From NCBI GenBank assembly GCA_051313645.2, contig JBNRSN020000002.1, positions 539,586,001 through 539,650,000 of the forward strand: a stretch of DNA of 64,000 nt. The letters are read 5' to 3'. Positions 1-9,306 of this stretch are shown piece by piece. Position 1 is the stretch's first letter. Each line of letters opens with the position of its first letter. The position numbers and the translations under genes are program-made. The notes beneath the pieces are model-generated. The model did no database searches. It saw only the letters and a list, made by a program, of their open reading frames with translations, and was not told the origin of the DNA. Source of the stretch: Centroscyllium fabricii. Its lineage: Eukaryota.

Positions 1-159
1 AAATATAAGCTAATAAATATAGATAATGTTTTGTTTTTAATACAATGTAATAACGTAAATTCCTGATACCTAATTTGCAATAATCTTAAATCCAGGGGGC
101 CCCACCTAAATGGTCCAAATTGGGCCCCGCAATTGCTAAGGCCGGCCCTGCACAAGAGG

Positions 160-645
160 GAAAAATTAGAGGAGCGCTGATATCTCGGGGAGTTGTGGGG
201 CTGAAGGAGATTACAAAGAGAGAGAGGGGCAAGGCCATGGAGGGATCTGAAAACAAGAATGAGAACTTTGAAATCGAGGTGTTGCTTAACCGGGAGCACA
301 GGGGTGATAGGCAAACGGGACTTGGTGCGAGCTAGGACATGGGCAGCCGAATTTTGGACGACCTCAAGTTTGCGTAGGGTAGAATGTGGGAGGTCAGCCA
401 GGAATGCGATGGAATAGTCAAGTCTAACATAGAAACATAGAAACATAGAAACTAGGAGCAGGAGTAGGCCATTCAGCCCTTCGAGCCTAGAGGTAACAAA
501 GGCATGGATGAGGGTTTCAGCAGCAGATGAGCTGAGGCAAGGGATGAGTCGGGGGATGTTACGGAGGTGGAAACAGGCGGTCTTTGTTACGCCCTGGATA
601 TGTGGTCAGAAGCTCATTTCAGGGTCAAATAGGACACCAAGGTAT
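160..645 (-). mobile_element. degraded L2-type LINE fragment interrupted by a short CR1 3' tail (~427-488)
   Basis: Shares motifs with 6130-6660 (caaaggcatg.atgagggtttca; ggtcagaa.ctca). Inserted AACATAGA repeats plus GGAGCAGGAGTAGGCCATTC mark a CR1 tail. Confidence 0.5.
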
Positions 646-1349
646 CACCCATTGCAAGGCTTCTAGCAAAAACTACACCTTAACTCAGATGCACCAGTGC
701 TAGTGCTATCCCAGCAGGACTCATTGCACTAGCTTTTAATCAATGTGGTTACCTCCAGTCAGAGGCAGAGAGAAGGCATCGCCTTCACTTCACTTTGGGC
801 CCATTGGCAGGTTAGCTGGAGCTGGCTCAAAGTCTGCTTGTTGCTAAAGTTATTTGGTTTCAATGCTTGCTTTTGAAACTCCAGCCTTCCAGCAGAGTGC
901 CTTTTGTTACAATCGATTGAAAAGGGCTAACTGTTCTGTCAGCACTTAACAATCACGGGGAAAAAAAAACCCAGCCATGGCGGGGCATAAATAAGCAGCA
1001 AGCCATGTGGTGGTTGAATGGGAATGCGGTCGTCAATTATCTTTCAGATGAGACGTTAAACCAAGGCCCCACCTGCCTGTTCAGGCGGATGTAGGAGAAC
1101 CCATGGCTCTATTTAAGAAGAGCAGTGGAATTCTCCCAGTGTCCTGACAAAAATTTATAGCTCGACCAACACCATTAAAAAAGATTAACTGGTCATTTAT
1201 CTCACTGGGGACTATGCTGTGCGTTCCCTTGTTTACCTACAAAACAACAACGACGACACTTCATAAAAAAACGGTCAATTTGCATTTATAGAGTGCATTT
1301 GATGTATAAAAAATTGACCAAAGCACTATACAGAGCTGCAATGAAAAGA

Positions 1350-1476
1350 AGGGAAGACTTGCATTTATAGAGCACCTTTCATGACCTCAAGACAGTCAAT
1401 GAAGTACTTTTGGAGTGTAGCCACTGTTGGAATGTGGGAAACGCGGCAGCCAATCTGCGCACAGCAAGCTCCCACA
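1350..1476 (-). mobile_element. SacSINE1/DeuSINE-like SINE fragment split by the CR1 insertion (continues at 6069-6130)
   Basis: ...gcacagcaagctcccaca | aacagcaatgtgataatgaccagat is contiguous in other copies (e.g. 13770-13795). Confidence 0.75.
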
Positions 1477-1640
1477 GAGCCCACAGTCAGCAGAGCCCAG
1501 CAGAGCCCAGCGGAAGCGGAGCCCAGCGGAGCCCAGCGGTAGCAGAGCCCAGCGGAGCCCAGCTAGCCAGCTAGAGCCCAGCAGAGCCCGAGCCCAGCGG
1601 TGCACAGCAAGAGCCCAGCGGAGCCCAGCTGAGCAGGAGG
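1477..1640 (+). repeat. GAGCCCAGC-based tandem array at the CR1 5' end
   Basis: More than 10 imperfect copies of GAGCCCAGC with variable spacers. Confidence 0.9.
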
Positions 1641-1818
1641 GAGAGCTTCAAAATTGCTTAAAAGAGCCTTTAACCAATAAGAGCTTTAAGGCAGAGCGGA
1701 CCTGGGTGAAGCACCCAGACAGGCCAGTATAAAAGGGAGGCGGTGAGTTAAACCCGAGTTCCTACACAGTAGGAACTCCCACCCTTCCTCCTCCTCTAAC
1801 CTTATTGTGTTTTTTTCA

Positions 1819-1977
1819 CAGAGCCGAAAAAAACAGAGGTCAAAAACTCGGAGGAGCAAGCAACGGGCAAGGGACCAGGGAGGCCACAACTGGACCCAGA
1901 GCCGAAAAAAACAGAGGCCTGAAACGCAGAGGAGCAGACAACGGGCAAGGGACCAGGGAGGCCACAACTGGACCCAG
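1819..1977 (+). repeat. ~78-bp direct duplication in the CR1 5' UTR
   Basis: CAGAGCCGAAAAAAACAGAGG...GGGACCAGGGAGGCCACAACTGGACC occurs twice in tandem. Confidence 0.9.
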
Positions 1978-2114
1978 GTAAGACACTCTGTTAAGGCGTA
2001 ACCGGTAAGTATATCTTTAACTATAACTATATAACTATATATATACTTATTATAATTTAGCAGAGATACAGTAGAGGCAGAGTAGTCTAAGTCTACTAGG
2101 GATTTAAGAGAAAA

Positions 2115-3071
2115 ATGGGAGACATAGTGCAGGCCGTCGCAGTCATATGCTCCACCTGTAGCATGTGGGAATTCAGGGACCCAAACGGGGCCCCTGATGA
2201 ACACGTATGCAGGAGATGCGTCTATCTGCAGCTCTTAGCCGACCGCATAACGGTGCTAGAGCGGCAGATGGAGTCATTGTGGGGCGTGGGCAACGACGAG
2301 CGGGTCGTGGATAGCACGTATGAGAGAGTGGTCACACCAAAGACTAAAATAGACCAGTTAGAAGAAGAATGGTTGACCACCAAGAGGAGTGCCAGAGCGA
2401 GGAAGGAAGTGCTGGGAACCCCTGTGGCCGTCCCCCTGATCAACAAGTATACCGCTTTGGATACTGTGGAGGGGGACGACCTACCAGGGGAGGGCGGCAG
2501 CAGCCTACTTCCAGGCACTGGGGGTGCTGGGGCTGCCCAGAAAGGGAGGGAAACTAGTGTGCCAGCAGTAGTAATAGGGGATTCAATTGTAAGGGGCACA
2601 GAGAGGCGGTTCTGCGGCCGCGGACGTGACACCAGGATGGTTACTTGCCTCCCTGGTGCCAGGGTCCGGGATGTCACGGAGCGGCTGCAGGGCATCTTGA
2701 GGGGGGCAGGGGACCAGGTAGAAGTTGTGGTCCACATTGGCACCAACGACATAGGAAAACAGGGGGACGAGGTCCTGCAAAGAAAATTTAGGGAGCTAGG
2801 TAAGAAGCTAAAAAGCAGGACCCCAAAGGTTGTAATCTCTGGATTACTCCCAGTGCCACGAGCTAGTGAGTATAGGAACCGTAAGATAGAGCAGCTTAAT
2901 TCGTGGCTAAGAGATTGGTGTAGGAGGGAGGGTTTCAGCTTTTTGGATAATTGGTCTTACTTCTGTGGAAGGTGGAACCTATACATGCAGGACGGATTGC
3001 ACCTGAACCAGAAGGGGACCAATATCCTTGCGGGAAGGTTTGCTAGCCGGGTTGGGGTGGGTTTAAACTAA
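2115..3071 (+). CDS. CR1 ORF1p: CxxC...CxxC zinc finger, leucine zipper and SGNH/GDSL esterase
   Basis: CSTC...CRRC, LQLLADRITVLERQMESL, VIGDSIVR, HIGTND, DGLHLN. Confidence 0.93.
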   Translation: MGDIVQAVAVICSTCSMWEFRDPNGAPDEHVCRRCVYLQLLADRITVLERQMESLWGVGNDERVVDSTYERVVTPKTKIDQLEEEWLTTKRSARARKEVLGTPVAVPLINKYTALDTVEGDDLPGEGGSSLLPGTGGAGAAQKGRETSVPAVVIGDSIVRGTERRFCGRGRDTRMVTCLPGARVRDVTERLQGILRGAGDQVEVVVHIGTNDIGKQGDEVLQRKFRELGKKLKSRTPKVVISGLLPVPRASEYRNRKIEQLNSWLRDWCRREGFSFLDNWSYFCGRWNLYMQDGLHLNQKGTNILAGRFASRVGVGLN

Positions 3072-3178
3072 TTTGGCAGGGGGAGGGGACCCAGATGGAA
3101 GGTATAATGGATAGGGGAACACAACCTAATAAAGGAAAGCAGACTAGACAGCAAAACAAGGTAGTTTTAGGACAGAGA

Positions 3179-5983
3179 ATGAAAGGCATATACTTTAACG
3201 CAAGGAGTCTGACTAACAAAGTGGATGAGTTAAAGGTATTGGTTGACTCATGGGAATATGATATAGTAGCTATCACGGAGACGTGGCTGAAAGAGGGGCA
3301 AGAATGGCAGCTAAACATTCCGGGGTATAGAATTTTCAGGCGGGACAGAGACGAGGGAAAAAGGGGAGGGGGGGTAGCGATACTGATTAAGGATTCAATC
3401 ACAGCCATTAGGCGGGTCGACCTAATGGACGAATCCTCAAACGAGGCACTATGGGTGGAGGTAAAAAATAAAAAGGGGGGGGCACCTTACTGGGAGTATA
3501 TTATAGACCACCAAACAGTAAAGGGGAGGTAGAGGATAAGATATGTGAACAAATCACGAAGATAAGTGAAAATAATAAAGTAACAATATTAGGGGACTTC
3601 AATTTCCCCAATATCAACTGGGAAAATCAAAGTGTGAGGGGCACGGAAGGTTCAGCATTTTTACAATGCAGCCAAGAAATTTTTTTGAAACAATATGTTG
3701 GGTCACCTACAAGGGGGGGGGGCGGTACTAGACCTAATACTTGGGAACGAGGACGCTCAGATTGAGGAGGTAACAGTGGGGGAGCACTTCGGGGATAGCG
3801 ACCACAATTCAGTTAGTTTCAAAATTGTAATGGAGAAAGATAAAAATGGACCAGGGGTAAAAGTACTAAACTGGGGGAAGGCGGATTTCAATAAAATTAG
3901 GAACGATTTAGCCGCAGTAGACTGGGGCCATCTTCTCAGAGGAAGATCTGCATCAGAGCAGTGGGAGGCCTTCAGAAGGGAAGTCGGGAAGATACAGGAG
4001 GAACATGTTCCTGCAAAAATTAAGGGTGGGGGAGGCAAACAAAGGGAACCTTGGATGTCTAGGGATATATGTAAATTAATGAAGAAAAAAAGGGGGGCTT
4101 TCAATGAATATAAACGGCTAAAAACCGAGGAGGCACTAGGGGAGTATAAGAAATATAGGGGTGATTTAAAGAAGGAGATAAGAAAAGCCAAGAGAAGTCA
4201 TGAGATTACAATGGCCAGTAAAATCAAGGAAAACCCTAAGGCTTTTTATGGTTATATAAAAAACAAAAGGATCACGAGGGAAAGAGTGGGGCCCATTAAG
4301 GACGATAGCGGAAAGCTGTGCGTCGAGCCTGAGGAGGTGGGGGAGGTACTAAATGAATTCTTCTCTTCAGTATTCACAAAAGAGAGGGACGATACCGACA
4401 TCGAAATCGGACAGAGTGTAGGGGGGGTAATCAAGGATATTACCACTACAAGGGAAGAAGTTTTAGAAATCTTGGGAGGCTTAAAGGTGGACAAATCACC
4501 AGGGCCGGACGCAATGTTCCCCAGGCTGCTGTTCGAGGCCAGGGAAGAGCTTGCGGGCCCCCTGTCTCAAATCTTCAGGACCTCTCTCGCGTCAGGGGAT
4601 GTACCTGAGGACTGGAGAACGGCTAATGTAGTACCCCTGTTTAAAAAGGGTAGTAGGGACAAACCGGGTAACTATAGGCCAATCAGTCTTACATCTGTAG
4701 TAGGGAAAGTAATGGAAAAAATTCTGAGGGACAAAATCAGCTCGCATTTGGACAAACAAGGTCTCATAAGGGACAGTCAGCATGGCTTCGTCAAAGGTAA
4801 GTCGTGCCTGACTAATCTGTTGGAATTCTTTGAGGAGGTAACAAAGAGGGTGGATGAAGGGAGTACTGTGGACGTAGTGTATATGGACTTTAGCAAAGCT
4901 TTTGATAAAGTCCCACATAGGAGACTAATAACAAAGGTTAGAGCGCACGGGATTCAGGGCAACTTGGCACAGTGGATCGAAAACTGGCTAGGGGATAGGA
5001 GACAGAGGGTAAAGGTAGAGGGCTGCTTCTGTGACTGGAAACCAGTAACCAGTGGTGTCCCCCAGGGATCGGTTTTGGGACCCTTACTGTTTCTAGTATA
5101 CATCAACGATTTGGATATGGGAGTAGGGGGTATGATCAGCAAATTTGCTGATGACACGAAAATCGGAAGGGTGGTAAACAACGATGAGGATAGTAAGGGG
5201 CTTCAGGAGGATATAGATCTAATGGTTAATTGGGCAGAAAAATGGCAAATGGAGTTCAACCCAGAGAAATGCGAGGTCATTCAATTCGGTAGACCAAATG
5301 GGGTAAGGGAATATACCATGAACAACAAAACGTTAAATAGGACCGAGGAACAGAGGGACCTAGGGGTACAGGTGCACAGCTCCCTGAAGGTTGCTGGACA
5401 CGTTAACAAGGTGGTTAAGAAGGCATACGGAATTCTGGCCTTTATTAACCAGGGCATAGTATACAAAAGTAGGGAGGTAATGTTAAACTTGTATAATACA
5501 CTGGTGAGACCCCAGCTGGAGTACTGTGTGCAGTTCTGGTCACCGCACTTCAGGAAGGACGTGGTTGCCCTGGAAAGGGTGCAGAGAAGGTTTACCAGGA
5601 TGATACCTGGTCTGGGGGACTTATGCTACGAAGAGAGGCTGGACAGGCTGGGGTTGTTTGCCCTGGAGAAGAGAAGGTGGAGGGGTGACATGATTGAGGT
5701 CTACAAGATCATGAGAGGACACGATAGGGTAGATAAAGGGGCATTGTTTCCATTGGTGGGAGAGTCAAGTACTAGGGGACATAGATTCAAGATTAGGGGA
5801 GGGAGGTTTAGGGGGGAGGTAAGGAGAAATTTCTTTACCCAGAGGGTGGTGGAAGTCTGGAACTCCCTGCCTGTAAGGGTGGTGGAAACAGAAACCATCG
5901 CAACATTTAAAAAATATTTGGACCAGCACATGAAGGACCATAACATACAGGGTTATGGGCCAGGTGCGGGCAAATGGGGTTAG
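3179..5983 (+). CDS. CR1 ORF2p (APE endonuclease + reverse transcriptase) with two compensating 1-nt frameshifts in G runs (~3475-3482, ~3713-3722)
   Basis: YFNARS, ITETWL, YYRPP and GDFN (shifted frame), SDH, YRPISL, DFSKAFD, GVPQGSVLGP, FADD. Confidence 0.92.
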
Positions 5984-6661
5984 TATAGCGAGGAGTTTCC
6001 TGGGCCGGTGCGGACTGGATGGGCCGAATGGCCCTTATCCGCACTGTAAAATTTCTATGATTCTATGAAACAGCAATGTGATAATGACCAGATAATTTGC
6101 TTTTCTGTGATGCTGTTTGAGGGATAAACAAACTAAATTTGGAGATATAATGAAGAGCAACCAAATAGTTGGTTTAAGAGGTAGCTTTTACAGAAATAGG
6201 AAGGGGTGAGGTCATGGAGAGATTTGAACGCAAAGATTAAAATGTTAAATATTTCTCAAGGCTAAAGGGATCAAGGGATATGGGGAGAAGGCAGGGACAG
6301 GGTACTGAGTCTGGATGATCAGCCATGATCTCATTGAATGGCGGAGCGGGCTCGAGGGGCCAAATGACCTACGCCTGCTCCTATCTTCTATGTTTCTATG
6401 GACCAGCAGCCAAGGTAGATCAGCGAGAAGAGGGGTGACAAAGGCATGAATGAGGGTTTCAACGGCAGATCGGGTGAGGCAGGGATGGATGCAGGCAGTG
6501 TAACAGAACTGAAATTAGGCAGTCAAGAGGATATTGGGTCAGAAACTCAATCGAGAGTTGATCAGAATGCCAAGGTGGCAAACAGTCTGAGACAGTAACT
6601 GAGGAAGGGGATGGAGTTGGTCGTGAGGGTATGGAGTTTGTGGCGGGGGCCGAAGACAATG

Positions 6662-7250
6662 GAGGAAAAATTAGGTTGCGCTAACGGGGCGTAAAGCAAC
6701 TAGCGCCTGGGTGTGGTGCCGCAACGCCTCCTGCGAAATTCAGCGGGAGGTTAGCAGTGGCGGTAACCGGTAGCGCCCCGCTGCGCCGCCGGCCATGACG
6801 TCATCGCAGTGTGCAGCGCCCCGATTGTAACATTGGGTGGCGCCCCCCGACTTACTGCCGGAGTCAGAGGGCCCCACCTGCGGCCGGGGCGGCGCTAGTT
6901 AAAGGGAGGTGGCGGGCGGCCATTTTAGTTGCCAGCCGCCTGCCAGCAGCTGCTCCCATCGCTGTCCCCAGCCCCCGTGAAGCCCCCCCCCCCCCGCGGA
7001 GTGCCGGGCTCATTTGCCGTCATTCCCGCTCCCTGGTGGCTCAGCTGGGCGCTGGGACCTGCTGCGCTGTGCTCCTCCCCTTTAATAAGGAGGAAGGCCT
7101 GCAGTACCATGGCGCTGCAGCACGTAGCGCCACGATATTGGTTCGCCGCACCTCAAGAGGGCCGCGGGGTGCTTCCAGTAGCGTTCCCTCCTCCTTCTTG
7201 GTGCGCTACCTGGGGAAATCAGCCAAAGAGGGCACTACCCAAATTTTAAC
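6662..7250 (-). mobile_element. partial GC-rich PIF/Harbinger-type MITE (family A)
   Basis: Reverse-complement similarity to 7348-8100 and 48292-49053. Confidence 0.55.
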
Positions 7251-7347
7251 CCAATGGCTTTAGTCGCCCCGATGTTTAGCTGGAGGAAGTTACAATTCAT
7301 CCAATACTGGAGGTCGGACAAGCATCCTGACACGATTTAGAGTCACA

Positions 7348-8100
7348 GGGGAAAGATTCGATGGCGCCCATCTTTGGGCACTAACCTCGGTGGTGCGCTA
7401 CTTTTAGCACCCGGCTAACGCTGGTGCCGTTCCTCGGGAAATTTGGTTGTAGCGCCCAAAGTAGGAGGTTGGGTGCTACTGCAGGCGCCCGACCTCGTTC
7501 TTTAAGCGCTACAACTGAATATCCGGCGCTGTGCACTGAAGCGCCATGCAGGGCAGAGTGCCGCGCCGCGGTACTGCAGGCCTTCCTCCCCTGATTAAAG
7601 GGGAGTGGTCTAGCGCGGCTCGGGCCGGAGTCCCGTTGGGCCGCCGTGTGACCCAATGCCGCTGAAGGAGCCCAGGACTCGAGGGAAGTGCCGGACTCAC
7701 GGAGCAGAGCCAGCACTCCGCGGGGGGGGGGGCATCGGGGGAGGCCGGGGACGGCAGAGGGGGAAGGTGCTGGCAGTCGGCCAGCAAGAAAAATGGCCAC
7801 CCGGCACCCTTCCCTTTAAGTAACGCTCCCCCGCTGCAAGTACGACAGCCGGAAGCTGTCGTGGGCAGCGCCAGGCGGTATGGCAGCGGGCGCGACTGAA
7901 TTTCGCGGTCTGGCCCCAAGCGGTGCGCTGCGCACTCCGATGATGTCATCGCCGGCGGCGTGGAACCGCGGGGCGCTACCGGCTACCACACACGCCAGAG
8001 CCCCACTGAATATCGTGGCAGGAGCCAGGCCAGGCTTGCGCCCCATTAGCAGCTCTCTTAGGGCAGTAACGGAAGGCGCAAGCAACCGAATTTTTCCCCC
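7348..8100 (+). mobile_element. GC-rich non-autonomous DNA transposon (PIF/Harbinger-type MITE, family A)
   Basis: TIRs GGGGAAAGATTCG / CGAATTTTTCCCCC. Related copies at 41840, 48292 and 60060. Confidence 0.7.
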
Positions 8101-8103
8101 ATG

Positions 8104-8910
8104 GAGTCATAAGAGTTATACAGCACAGAAAGAGGCCCTTTGGCCCATCGCGTCCACGCCAGCCATCAAGCCCTGTCTATTCTAATCCCATTTTCCAGCA
8201 TTTGGCCCGTAGCCTTGTATGCTATGTCATTTCAAGTGCTCATCTAAATGCTTCTTGAATGTTGTGAGGGTTCCTGCCTCCACCATCCTTTCAGGCAGTG
8301 AGTTCCAGATTCCAATCACCCTCTGGGTGAAAAAGTTCTTCCTCAAATCCCCTCTAAACCTCCTGCCCCTTACCTTGAAACTATTCCCCTTCGTTATTGA
8401 CCCCTCTACTGAGGGAAAAAGTTCCTTTCTATCTACCCCATCAATGTCCCTCATAATTTTGTACACTTCAATCAGGTCCCCCCTCAGCCTTCTCTGCTCC
8501 AAGGAAAACAACCCCAGCCTGTCCAGTCTTTCTTCATAGCTGAAGCGATCCAGCCCAGGCAGCATCCTGATGAATCTCCTCTGCACCCTCTCCAAAGCAA
8601 TCACATTCTTCCTATAGTGTGGCGACTAGAACTGCACACAGTATTCCAGCTGTGGCCTTACTAGCATTTTGTACAGCTCCATCATAACCTCCCTGCTCTT
8701 ATATTCTATGCCTCGGCTAATGCAGGCAAGTATCCCATATGCCTTTTTAACCACCTTATCCACCTGTCCTGCTGCCTTCAGGGATCTATGTACATGCACA
8801 CCAAGGTCCCTCTGATCCTCTCTCTTTCTAGTGTCTGACCATTCATTGTATATTCCCTTGCCATGTTAGCCCTTCCAAAATGCATCACCTCACACTTTTC
8901 AGGGTTAAAT
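8104..8910 (-). mobile_element. 5'-truncated CR1 (RT C-terminus and 3' UTR)
   Basis: ORF 8227-8604 ALERVQRRF...RLRGDLIEVYKI...FFTQRV. Confidence 0.9.
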
Positions 8911-9306
8911 TTAGTAATATAAAAAATAATTCATCGAAGAAAAAGAAGAAAGACATTATGTAGTGACTTTCACGACCACCGGACATCCCAAAGCGCTATT
9001 GTGGTAACCATTCTACTATACCACTGTACCATTATGGCTAATGATAGGCTGTGCAGATGTTAGGCACAGCCCTGTATACTGTGACACTGTTGGGAGCCAG
9101 GTCAGCAACACCTCCAACTCCTCCCCCAGGTGAGGCCCCGTTATAGGTGAGATCTGACCGAGGCTCCTTCATTCCTGTACTGTAGTTCGTCTGGAGAGTA
9201 GCTCCGTTCTTAGCAATTAAAAGCCTTTAGTTTCGGTAACTACGCGTCAACTCTTTTAATCGAAAATATTGACGATACGTCAATTTTAATTGCTAATTAT
9301 TTTAAA

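Larger units (their letters stand above)
1477..6068 (+). mobile_element. full-length CR1-clade LINE
   Basis: Long 5' UTR, ORF1 (esterase), ORF2 (APE endonuclease + RT) and a 3' (ATTCTATG)n tail. Cleanly interrupts a SINE. Confidence 0.95.

Noticed and set aside
6811-8185. Many 100-150 aa ORFs in GC-rich MITEs (also ~42, 48.5 and 60.3 kb)
   Set aside because: Frames are not preserved between copies and no domain motifs are present.
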